Assembly (NCBI RefSeq): GCF_009914755.1
Contig: NC_060929.1
DNA from: the human T2T-CHM13v2.0 reference genome, Homo sapiens
Reading direction: 5' to 3' (one strand)
DNA length: 64,000 nt
The notes below the pieces were generated by a model. The model was not told the DNA's origin. It saw nothing but the letters and a program-made list of their open reading frames with translations, and did no database searches. Position 1 is the first letter of the stretch. The number at the start of each line of letters is the position of its first letter. Positions 42,852 through 56,329 of this stretch are shown here, piece by piece. The translations under genes and the position numbers were made by a program.

Positions 42852-43012
42852 GTCACAAACCAAACACTAGATGTAAAGAGAATGATGAAAACCTGGACCC
42901 TGCAGAAAGGATTTCCTTTAGTGACTGTTCAAAAGAAAGGAAAGGAACTTTTTATACAACAAGAGAGATTCTTTTTAAATATGAAGCCTGAAATTCAGCC
43001 TTCAGATACAAG
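42852..43012 (+). CDS. LNPEP: LNPEP exon 10 (161 nt)
   Basis: tgtag|GTC...ACAAG|gtacat; VTNQTLDVKRMMKTWTLQKGFPLVTVQKKGKELFIQQERFFLNMKPEIQPSDT. Confidence 0.96.
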
Positions 43013-43204
43013 GTACATGCCCTCTTTCTTTTCATGCCATCTCTTTTGCACTCTCAGGTGGAAATATTTTTAAGTGTTTTATAATCATAAGTTCTTGTGA
43101 AACCTAACAAGATTATCCCTTCCTAGGAATAGCTTAACCTTCCTACCAAATTAAAAAAAAAAAAAATCATATGTAACTAATTTTCCAATGTTTTCTCTTT
43201 ACAG

Positions 43205-43293
43205 CTACCTGTGGCATATTCCACTATCCTATGTCACTGAAGGAAGAAATTATTCAAAATATCAATCGGTATCATTACTGGATAAGAAATCAG
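43205..43293 (+). CDS. LNPEP: LNPEP exon 11 (89 nt)
   Basis: ttacag|C...TCAG|gtttga; (S)YLWHIPLSYVTEGRNYSKYQSVSLLDKKS. Confidence 0.96.
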
Positions 43294-44049
43294 GTTTGAC
43301 TATAATGACAGTTCTGATTGGAAATGGCATAATTTTAAAAATCTGATCAGAGTGCATATATAAGATTACACTTTCCAGTGTGCACACTCTCTGAACTGGT
43401 TTTATGAGTTGCATATGCAAGATGTGACTAATGTGAGATTGATTCTGTATATCATGCACAAAACTGGCTTTTAGCCATGTGAAATAAGGTACAAAAATTT
43501 GCAGAGAATGTACTGGCATTCCTGAAAGAAAATAGCGAATGCCATGTTTTTATACCCAAGATTAATATTTTGTTACAAAATAAGAGGAGTTTCTTAAAGT
43601 ATCCTCTGCTATCTACTGTCTAGGGTTGGGCTGAGGCAACTGCATTTTAACAAGATACACCCTAAATGATTTGTGTGTATAATTGAGGTTTATTCATGAT
43701 TGGATTTAGAGTAAATAGTTATTGCAATATGCCCTGCAGACATAGTATATGTTTTGGGGAACAAGAAAATGGGGCATGAAACTATGATAGGAAGGGGGAG
43801 GGGAATAGTAAAATATAAACGTGGTGTATGCTGACCTACAATATAAAAAGCAATTGAAATGTAATTTTGGGCCATTTGTTAAATACCACTATGAATGTCA
43901 CACCACATATCTTCCTTTTAATTTACATCCTAAAGAAACACAAGGCTCTTGGGTTCTGTAGGACCCGTTAGTGATGCTTTGGATTGAAGAAAAGGGAAAA
44001 TTTCTCGTTTGAATTTGGATCTGGTGTCAAAGCCTATATTTTTGAGGGG

Positions 44050-44300
44050 TGAGTGTAGCTTAGTGGTAAGAGAATGAGACTTTAGAGACTGCCGGGTTCA
44101 ATTCTTAGCAGTACCATTGATCACTTATATGATTTTAGGCGAGTTATGTGAGCCTCATTCCCTCAGCTGTACAAAAGAGATAGTAATTATACTTACTTTA
44201 TGTAGTTGTGGTGAGGATTAAATGAGTTCATTTATATGAAGCACCTAGAACAATGCCTGGCACATATTATGTGCTGTATTAATGTTAACTATCATTAACG
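44050..44300 (+). mobile_element. MIR
   Basis: gtgtagcttagtggtaagag...gggttcaattctta...gttgtggtgaggattaaatgag...gcacctagaacaatgcctggcaca. Confidence 0.85.
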
Positions 44301-45104
44301 TTATTGAAAAAGTAAATCTTTAATATATCTATATTACATAAAACCTTGAAAATGGAGAGCAAATCTTATTACCCTATCAAAACTATTCTTATGATTATTT
44401 GTTTATAGTCATTTTTAATAAATATTTGTACTTAGTCAAAATCATTATGTATATATGATTTCTGTATCTTGCCTTTTTTAACTTAACATATATAGTAATT
44501 GACTTAACCTACTTGATTCACCATTTGTTGTTATAAAATATTGCCTTAATTAAATATTTCAAATCTTAAAGGTTTTTCCATTATATGAAATTTTTTAAGG
44601 AATGCTTTTCAAAAATGAAGACTGCGGTACCTTTTGTGATTTGGTACATATAACCAAATCGCCCTTTTTATTGTGTAGTTACAGTTGATAATGCCACCTG
44701 AAATACATGAATGTGCCAGTTTCATTGCAGTTTTACCATAGTGGAGTGTTAAAGCAGCAACAATCTAATTATTTAAAATCCTAGTGGTAGTTGGTAATGT
44801 CATCATATCTTTGATAGCATAGCTGGAAGTACAAGGAATTGCTACTGTCTTTGAGTAAACAAAACTCTAACTTTGAATGAGCCGTAAAAGGATAGTCTCT
44901 AACCCAAGAGAGAACAAATAACCCCATCTCCCTATATCCTGAAGCACAGCTAAAACATGGCTGGAGTATTTGCAAGAAACTAATAAGGAAATTTTGCAAA
45001 CTTTCTGATAGTATATTAATTTTCAGTGCTATTAGAAATAATTGGGCAATAAGAAATCTGCTTTTATTATCTGTTTTTTGTTTCATTGGTTGATTTTTTT
45101 GTTT

Positions 45105-45722
<618 letters not shown>

Positions 45723-47429
45723 CTCCTCTTTACTCTTTACCTGAGTTTATTCTGAGCTTGTTGAGCTCTTTTTGAGAGTTTAACCCCATAGACTAGCTCA
45801 TATTTTACTGCTTTAGCCTTCTAGGCCCTTACCTGGCATTCTGTGCTTTTGCCGCACAAAAATTCTATCAGCAACTCAAACATGCCATACTGCCTCTTTA
45901 GGTCTTTGCATATGCTATTTTCTCTCCTTAAGGAACACCCTTGCCTCCTCACTCCCTCGGCCTACTCCTGTTTATTCTTCAGATCTTAGCTCAGCCATTG
46001 CTTGCTCCAGGAAACCTTTCCTTCCCTGAAGACAGTTTAGATGCCCTACTTAGGTTTTTTAATAACATTCTCTACTTCTCCACTCATAATATACTGTAAG
46101 TACTGTTCACTCATATCTATCCTCATATTAGGTATTTCCCCCCATTGACGGTAGTGATCATGGCTATATGAATCACTGTAAATCACTTTTAGCACTTAGT
46201 AGGCACACAAAAACTTAATGAATTAGTAAATTTTAGTCCATAATGAAGTGACTCCAGTCTCACTATAAAAATTTCTAGGAAAAGAACATGCAAAGCCTGA
46301 TAAAATGATGTTTTCTTTTTCTCTTCCTCTTCTTAGTAAAGAGGAATATACAAAATTCACTAGAATATAATTGATTTAATCTAGAGCTGGAACTGGGCCA
46401 ATACATGATGAAAGTAGTGTCTGTTACTTCCTCTTCTCAACTGTGTTATTTCCCTTGCTGCTGCTGCTATTTTAATTCCTGCCATTTCGGGTTTAGAGAG
46501 TCCACATGAAAACTTCTGTCCTTACGTTTGACCCTGAGGACAGCTGAGCCTTCTTGGTTCCTAATGCTCCAGTGAGAATTACTCTTAATTTAACTGCATT
46601 TTTATTTTTTCTATTCTCAAAAGAAAGGTAGCAGAGAGGGTGACTTCAGGCTTCTTTTATGCTGTAATACTTTAGTATAGTGTATTATTTTGATGCTTGA
46701 TGGTTGGTTAAATCTTTAATATATTTTCTTTCTTTTTTTAAATATATTTTCATGTGTTCTAATTCAAGGGTTGTTGGGTTAGTTCATTAGTTCAGTTGTA
46801 TATAGGAGTTATGTTTGGTCAATGTATTTGTCTCCTTTTCTCACATACATGAGTTTTGAACAATTAGTATTTATTGTGCACAAGAAATGCTGATGGGGCC
46901 ATTTTTCCAGTTTACATATTGAGGAATTATATTTTTTAAAGTTTCCCTCTTCCCTTTCTTCCTCCCTCTCTCTCTCTCTTTCTTATCCACATTTTACTCA
47001 GACCTAAGATCTTTAACTATAGGAGATTTTCGTATTAAATCTAATGCAAAACATTCATGTTTCCAAATGGATATCACTATCAGAAATACTGCTGTGAAAG
47101 TTAAAGATATGTCATTGGAAGAAAAGGTAATTAGGATGAAAGAAGGAAGGGCATATAGTAATTAAAATATTTATCATGTGCCATTCTCTGCTCTTGCCTT
47201 TTTTTCCCCTAATAAAGGAGAAAGAAAGGGGTATTAGAGAAGGGAATGCTTTTGAACAGGAGTGATAAAGTTCAATAGCATGTATGATGCTAGCCCTCTG
47301 GAGCAAACTGTACAGGAAATTTTGTAACTTTGTAGTAAAAACGTGTTTTTTAGTTTCAGAACTTTAGTTTTTTTGTAAAACAGTAGTTGATTTTCGTAGC
47401 TCATTGACAAATGGTTTTTAAAAATCACT

Positions 47430-48729
<1,300 letters not shown>

Positions 48730-48803
48730 CTAAGGTTTCAGGTACTAATATATAATCTTTAGTACCTAAGCTAAGGCTTCAGGTACTAATATATAATCTT
48801 TAG
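48730..48803. repeat. 33-bp direct duplication with an 8-nt spacer
   Basis: ctaagg(t/c)ttcaggtactaatatataatctttag at 48730-62 and 48771-803. Confidence 0.95.
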
Positions 48804-49408
48804 GTTGAAAACATATTTATAAAGCATTTTATATAAAAAAGCTTCACTACAGAATTATAATGATAGTGAACATTTTAAAACAGCCTAAATTGTTCAAAAT
48901 AGATTGGATAAACTTGAAATGAAATATTATGAAGATATTTGAACACTGCTTATGAAGACAATGGAAAAATGTGCGGGGGGATCTGATAGGTGAAAAAGGA
49001 TAAAATAAATGCATATAGATCTGCTGTATAAAATATTAAAAACAAGTATAAGACAAAAACTTGGCAAGAAGTACATTCCAAAATGCTATCATCGTCTGAG
49101 TTTAGATTATTCTTATCTCTACTCTTCTTTTTCTTACAATTAAAAATTTTTTTAAGTATTTGTTACTTTAAAAGGGGGTAAAAATTATATAATAAATATC
49201 TACAAACCTTTGTCTACACTTGATTTAAAACTATTTATTGTGACATAGTCATTATTTATTCATTCACTGACTAATTCAGCAGTATTTGTTGAGTACCTGC
49301 TAGGTCATTGTTATAGGGGCTGAGGCGTTAGCAGTAAGCAAAATAGTAAGCTTATGTAGCTTATATTCTATTAAATAATAGTAAACCTCAAGATGCTTAG
49401 AAGCATAC

Positions 49409-49567
49409 CCCATTATAATTAAGTCTACATCCTTGTTGCCAACTTTAAAAGACATTTCTTCATTAGCAGTTTTAAGGATTTTAAAAATTCATACATATAT
49501 TTTGTGGTCAGTTAACTCTCAGCGCTTCATTATTGGTACATTAGTTGACATAATTCCATGGAAATTT
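49409..49567 (-). pseudogene. Possible internal exon of the antisense fossil gene
   Basis: Minus-strand IYV*IFKILKTANEEMSFKVGNKDVDLIIM ends at GG|gtatgc. The acceptor is weak and uncertain. Confidence 0.3.
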
Positions 49568-50417
49568 CTAACAGTTCTCTCAGCATTTATAGTAGAGACC
49601 CCAGAAGTGCCTATCCTTTCCTATTGTTTTAACCCAATTATTTCTTATTTGTCCCTTATGCAATCTTAAGCCTTCCCTAATGTTTATTTTGCTAGCTTTA
49701 AATAATGTGACTTTTCTAAATGGCTTTGTTTGTTCTTCCTTTGCTAACATGACAAAAGACAGAGGCCAAAATGGGACACATTTTACACAGTTCTCTCACT
49801 GTCTTCCCCTGCTGCCTCATCCTACACCTTTACTTTCTCCCTCCCTCTTTCCTCTAGCCATAATGAACTTGGGAGCCAGTTCAGTGCATGGATAACATGT
49901 ATACTTTCTCTCTGGGCCTTGAGCACTTGGGTTCCCTACTATATCTTCTTCACTTGGCCAACACCTACATATTTTGAGGTCTCTTAGAAGAATGACAACT
50001 TAGATGTCATTTCTTCCAAGAAATCGCTCCTAACTTTCCCTAGGAGAGGGAAGCATTTTTTCTATGTGCATTCGTTGAATGCTGTCTTTTCTTTTTCTGT
50101 CAATAGCGCTTGTATGATATTGTACTTGCCTGTTTACTTTAGACTGTGAGATCTCTAAAAGCAGAGACATATCTACCTTGTTCACCATTTGATTTCCAGC
50201 ACCTAGCTTACAGCCAATATTGCACAGTAAATAAATAATTGTTAAATGAATGTCTTGACCTTCACTAACGTGAAAATAACTGTACTTGGAGACAGGCATT
50301 TTTTTCTTACTAGAATGATTAAATATAAAAATAAACTAAAAAACAAAGCACTCATAATTTTTTTTTCTTGTCCAATTGTCTTCTCTCTCAATCTCTCATT
50401 TTTTTGGTTTCCATTAG

Positions 50418-50601
50418 GTGTCATCAATCTTACAGAAGAAGTGCTGTGGGTCAAAGTGAATATAAACATGAATGGTTATTATATTGTACACTATGCAGAT
50501 GATGATTGGGAAGCACTAATCCATCAGTTGAAAATAAATCCTTATGTTCTGAGTGACAAAGACCGAGCCAACCTTATCAACAACATCTTTGAACTTGCAG
50601 G
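50418..50601 (+). CDS. LNPEP: LNPEP exon 12 (184 nt)
   Basis: cattag|GT...GCAGG|gtagag; GVINLTEEVLWVKVNINMNGYYIVHY...DRANLINNIFELAG. Confidence 0.97.
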
Positions 50602-50989
50602 GTAGAGTATACTTAGTTTGAGATTTTTTCTTTTTTTAAACAAATGTCATTGAGGTAAAGAACATATATGAAAAACAGTTTGAAAGAACTAGCATGTATT
50701 GGTTGGTACAATACATTTTGGAGGATTGGGAAAATATGTGTTCTTTGCCTCCAGGGACTTTATAAAACATTAGCTACGAACATACTGAACAGTTAAATGA
50801 AACAGGATTTAATAATAATTCAAGACTAGATATCAAAAACAGGATACATATTTTGTTGACTAAACTTGATACACGAGTTCAAGCTCTATTTTATTTTATA
50901 AGAGAATTATTTTCAAACAGCAGTTGGTTTAAGCATGAAGCTTAGTGCTTATGCATTGGTTTTGAGGGACATCTCTGATGGCTGGAGCC

Positions 50990-51224
50990 ACCTTATCTGT
51001 ACTGCTTGCCTCCCCAACCACCTCATGCATTATAGAATCCCAAAGCCAAGGATGACAGTGACCTCATGTAAACATATTCTCTGAATAGAATATTACCAAT
51101 TTAGATTGATGATAGGCTTAAAAACACTGACGTGTTCCTTCTCATCTCCCTGGACATTTCCATTTTGTCTCGTTTTTTATGAAGTGCCCTTCTTACGTCA
51201 TCCTAGCCATTGCTGCTGTGATTC
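50990..51224 (-). pseudogene. Possible internal exon of the antisense fossil gene (RGS/RH-like segment)
   Basis: ccattttatag|G acceptor, then NHSSNG*DDVRRALHKKRDKMEMSREMRRNTSVFLSLSSI*IGNILFREYVYMRSLSSLALGFYNA. The 3' end is uncertain. Confidence 0.4.
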
Positions 51225-51708
51225 CTATAAAATGGTTAATTTTAAAAATGTACTCACTGTAAATTCACAATAGACCTTGTCATAACAAGTTTGAAAAACA
51301 AATTCCCATTAAACCAACAAATAAAATTAAAAAAAAAAATCAGATACTCTCTATGCTATACTCTCTTTCCTGGCAAATATAACTAATTAATAAATAAAAT
51401 TAGTACTATTCATCTTTTCTAACCCAAGATATTATACTTTTGCTGAGTTAGTAGCAATTTACAGGAGACTTAGGAATAAAAAAAAATGAGCTATTGTTTA
51501 TCTTTCTCTTGAAATGCCTCTTTAATCTTGGGCCTCATGAAATTAATCAGAGATAATCATATTTAGCTTAACTTTACAAAATGCCACTGTAAGTTTAAAT
51601 TTTTGGTCTCCAAGACTCACCATCTAACCCTAAGTTTCTCTTTTAGCATGCATAGACTTCTTCTGTGTGTCTCTGCATATTTACTTTTCCTGTTCTTTTA
51701 TCCTTTAG

Positions 51709-51865
51709 CCTAGGCAAGGTACCTCTCAAGAGGGCCTTTGATTTGATTAATTATCTTGGAAATGAGAACCATACTGCACCCATCACCGAAGCCCTGTTTC
51801 AGACAGACCTCATCTATAACCTCCTTGAAAAACTGGGATACATGGATCTGGCCTCAAGACTGGTG
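51709..51865 (+). CDS. LNPEP: LNPEP exon 13 (157 nt)
   Basis: ctttag|C...GTG|gtaagt; LGKVPLKRAFDLINYLGNENHTAPITEALF...LASRLV. Confidence 0.97.
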
Positions 51866-52670
51866 GTAAGTCTGCCTTTTTGCCAGCTTCTTGCTGTTTA
51901 TCTTTAATATTGTTATTCATGGTTCCATTTTCAGCCAGTAATAGGCTGAAAAAGCAACCAGTTAAATTCCATTTTCTTCACTTTCCTGCTTGTGAAATCT
52001 TTACTTAAAATCAAGATGTTGCTTATGATGAAGAGCTGATAAAGGCTTAGTATGATATGGTCTTGTTTGAATATCAAAATACAGACATTTGACACCACTG
52101 TCAAAATGAGGTCACATGAGAATAATATTTCTCTATTCAGATCCTGTTTTATTTCTACATGATGAATGTTTGAAATAGGCCCTTTTGCAAAGTAGATCTC
52201 CCCATTAATTTTCTAGTGGTCATTATAAAATGACAGTTACGTTTGTATTGAGAATATTCTGTTTAAGGGTTCTTACTGATAACTATCTAAAGGATAATGA
52301 TGCTGGTGGATATGTTTCTTTGCAAAGCACTAAAGGAGTCTTAGTATTAGAGACCATTTTACCTTTCTTAATATCAACTGCCTGATCTTAACAGTTGTTA
52401 TTTTGGATACTTTTAATATTAAACTGTTGAGAGACTTTAAAAGCTTGGAAGAGAGTGAAAAATTATTTGTTTTTATCTAATTCTCTGAATCAGCGCATTT
52501 TGACAACAGAGTTTGCTTTATAAACTAGTGAGATTTCCCAGGGACCCAGGCAAAAGGCAGCTTTTAGGGAAAGGAAGGCAGTATTAGACCAAGAATTAGA
52601 ATAAGTCTTTTGGGGTTTTGGTATTCTCATTGGTGAAAGGAAGGGGTTGGATTAAATCATTTTTTTAACA

Positions 52671-52737
52671 TTTTTTTTATTATACTTTAAGTTCTAGGGT
52701 ACATGTGCACAATGTGCAGGTTTGTTACATATGTACA
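52671..52737 (-). mobile_element. Very short L1PA 3' end fragment
   Basis: ttattatactttaagttctagggtacatgtgcacaatgtgcaggtttgttacatatg. Confidence 0.85.
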
Positions 52738-53304
52738 CAACCTTCTTTCTGCCTCTGTTACTGCCTTACCCTGCGTCTCCTATGAACAGTTCTCTCATCA
52801 CCTGCATGATTCTCAGTGAATGGAGGGAACGCAGGGCAGAGTGGATGTATGGAGCTTGAAAAGCTTTTCTCCCCCAAAAGTTTCTGATCTGACCCCAAAG
52901 GAGTTACCCCATCCCTATCCATAAGCAAGATGCTTAAGTTAGATGATTTTCTGAGGTCTCTTCTAATGGTTAAGATTTTTATCATTTTCTATTTCATAAG
53001 GCTTTCAGCTAGCAGCCTTAATAAAAACCAGTGCCTGGAACATGACCTGGCCTGTAGTGACACTCAGTAAACGTTGAGTGAATAAATGATTGAAACACAC
53101 CAGAAACAAGTGCATTTGAGTGCTTTTACACACCGTGCTTAGTGCTTAATGTAGATTACCTCATTTAATTATCACACAGTGCCAAGGTAGATATTTCTAC
53201 CCCCATTAAATAAACGAGGAGACGGAATAGCTTCTTTAAAGTCACTTACCTAGTAAGTGATAAAGCTGAAATTCAAACCCAGATAAATTTCACTCCAAAG
53301 ACTT

Positions 53305-53472
53305 CTGTTTCTGTTATATTGCTATTTGTAAAATCAATTTGTGTCCTAGCAACGTCGTCTTTCCAGGATACCTTTAGAAAAATTAAAGCTTTCTTCTTGT
53401 CATATTCTTTTGAAAAGCTTGCAGACCATATATTTAAGGTTTCAAGTGACTGGCCCACATCTAGTTGTTCTC
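53305..53472 (-). pseudogene. Possible internal exon of the antisense fossil gene
   Basis: atttcatttttag|G acceptor followed by a stop-free frame GEQLDVGQSLETLNIWSASFSKEYDKKKALIFLKVSWKDDVARTQIDF. The donor is uncertain. Confidence 0.4.
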
Positions 53473-53659
53473 CTAAAAATGAAATTGTCAACTTAAGAGA
53501 TTTTTTTTATATCTAAAATGCTAATAATGACTTTTTAAAACAATATTTATGTGCCTTTCCAAGAAGTATGCAAATAGCTTACTCATCTCTTTAGGGCAAA
53601 CTGGGAATCCAATATCGACTTTCTAGTGTTAGTGTAGTAAAGAGATTGGCCATTAGTTA

Positions 53660-54430
53660 ACCAGTTCAGCTATTGTTGATAGACATTTGCGTTATTTGTA
53701 GTTTGGAGCTATCATGAATAGCACTGCTATGATGTCTTCGATGAATGTCTTTATGCATTTCTATGGGATATATGTCTGGAAATGGGATTATTGAGTCATA
53801 ACACATGCATAGTTAATAGTGTACTATCAAATAGTTCTTCAAAGTTGTACCAATTTACACTTAGCAGTATATGAGAATTCTAGGTGCTCTAGATCTTTTC
53901 TGATGATTATCATTCACACTAAATCTTTTTTATTTTAGCCATGTGGATAGGTGCATAGTGGTACTGCAATTTTGACTTGAATTTACATTTTTCTACTGAT
54001 GTGAAGATGATTTTCTTTTTGATATATGTATTGACCATTAGATGTTCTTTTGTAAAATGCCCATCTTTTGCTTATTTTTCTATTAAATCGTCTGCCTTTT
54101 TCTTGTTGATTTGTAAGAGTTCTGTATATATCCTAGATATGAATCTTTTGTTGGTCATGTATATTTGCAAATATCTTCTCCCACTCCATCTTGCTTTTTT
54201 TTACTCTCTTAATGATTTTTTATTAATATGAGTTTTAAATTTTAATGTAATCTAGCTTATGAAATCTTTTCCTACCCCTAGATATTCTGTGTTCTCTTCT
54301 GAAAACTTTATCATTTTATCCTTTACATTTAGATCTGTGATCCATCTGGAATTGATTTTTGTGGATGGTGTGAGGTAGACACCAAGATTCATTCTTTTCA
54401 GTATGGATATCCAGTTATCCCCAGGACCAG
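53660..54430 (-). mobile_element. L1MC/L1ME ORF2-3' relic
   Basis: gttgtaccaatttacac...gtgatccatctggaattgatttttgtg...atggatatccagtt. Confidence 0.8.
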
Positions 54431-54494
54431 TATATTTTATTGCATAGAATTATGTTTGAGGTAATTAGTATGATATCAACACCATTTGGGGTAG

Positions 54495-54920
54495 TATATT
54501 AATTTTCTAGGGCTATTAAAACAAGTTATTGCAAACTTGATGTCTTAAAATAACAGAAATTTATTCTCTCATAGTTCTGGAAGCCAGAAGGCCAAAATCA
54601 AGGTATTGGCAGAGTAAGGTTTGCTCCTTCTGAGGAAGAATCTGTTCCATTCCCCTCTCCTAACTTCAAGTGATTGCCAGTAATCCTTGGTATTCCTGGG
54701 CATGTAGGTGACTAACCGTGGCCTTTGTCTCTGTCAACACAGTGTTCTCTCTGTGTTTCTGTGCCCAAATTGCCCCATTCTTAGATTAAGGCCCACCATA
54801 ATCCAGTATGACCTCATCTTAACTTGATTGTACCTGCAAAGACCCTATTCCTAAATGAGGTCATATTCATAGGTCCCAGGCAGACACAAAATTTGAGGGG
54901 ATACTATTCAACCTAGTACA
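54495..54920 (-). mobile_element. MLT1 (B/C-like) MaLR LTR
   Basis: aacagaaatttattctctcatagttctggaagccagaag...atgacctcatcttaacttgatt...gcaaagaccctatt...tattcaacctagtaca. Confidence 0.85.
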
Positions 54921-55130
54921 GGTAGCAATAAATAAGATTAGTGCATATCACTCACTTTTTTTCACTATTAAAGGGCAATGTTAGTTCTGAATATACCCTG
55001 TGAGGAGGCAGAATATCTCCCGACTCTGAAGCTGCCCAGTTAAACTTCATAATGGCAGAAGTCAGTCTTCTGCTTGCCTCTCTGTTAACTCTGTTTATAG
55101 CTTAGTGCTCAAGAAGCACTTGATACTTAC

Positions 55131-55218
55131 CTCTTCTTTGAACTGCATCTTCATCCCAGATGATTTCCAGCTTTCTGGGCAGATATGTGTTTATTAGGAA
55201 CATACTTCAAGGAGGGAT
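55131..55218 (-). pseudogene. Possible 88-nt internal exon of the antisense fossil gene
   Basis: Long pyrimidine tract with ccctag| acceptor and a consensus GAG|gtaagt donor. One frame (with one stop) ends in phase 1, matching the next candidate exon at 53472. Confidence 0.45.
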
Positions 55219-56329
55219 CTAGGGACTGATGGATAGAGAGGAAGGGCAGAAGACTTAGTATGTGTTTCCAAGATTGGACGCCCTTTTACTGCTGTGTGTC
55301 TTCACATGGTTAGCTAAAAGCCCAGTTAACTTTAGCTCACCAAGAGGGAGAATGTGTCACTTTAACATTCTTATTCTAATATTAGGGTGAAAATTCTGGT
55401 AGCATCAATACTCTCAAACTAGGAAATCTGACATTCTACAGTTAGGAATTGGGATAGGAGACATTTATGAATCCTTGGATATGACGTTCAAATGTATTAC
55501 TGTCTAAGACTGATTTCTAATTAACTTCTATATCATTGGAACCAAAGCATTATGTACATTTATTGGTCATTTTGTTATGTAGGCTGCACATGACATATGC
55601 TGCATTTTGTGATGCTGTAGTGTTGTGATGGGTAGGGTCTGGAGGCACATTTCAATTGTGTTAAATTGTTCACATCTGATGTTAACATCTGATCCTAGCC
55701 ATATTCCTGTTTTATCACTTACAAATCTGTCATTCTTTTACATATGAGGCATTGGTGGGATAAACCTTTTGCAATAAAAACTGACATTTCACTTTTAAGA
55801 AACTCAGTTGACCCAGGAAAGAACTCCCTGGGCATATCAGTGTAAAATTAAAGCAGTAAATCAAAATGTAATATACAACATAAGTGCTAGCATCTTTCCC
55901 TGTTTTATTTTTAAAATAATTTTATATTGTTGTTATTGCATTTTATTACAAATCCAGTGTTTGTAGCTTGTATAACCCATCAATTTATTTCCTCTCTCCA
56001 CTTGCCATTTCACTTTGTAAAATCATAGAGTTGCATTCTATTGTTGAAAGAGCTTAAATTTCAAAAAAATTAATTTGGATCCTTAGAAAAACATTTCATT
56101 TTATTTCTAAAAGGGAAAGGTAATTTGAAGCACATGCTATGCCTCATTAATATTAATTAATATTAAAAATAAACCTGGATTACTTATAAAAATGATATTT
56201 TGTAACAGGATTTTTCTAATAATATAATTATTCTTTCTTAAAATGTTTTACTTTATTATGTTATAATTTGAAATACATTTAAACAACTATTTTGAGAACT
56301 TGCCTTAATGATTTCATATGGAGACTAAC

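Noticed and set aside
51928-51952. 9-bp stem hairpin ttttcagcc/ggctgaaaa after exon 13
   Set aside because: Short enough to arise by chance in 64 kb of AT-rich DNA.
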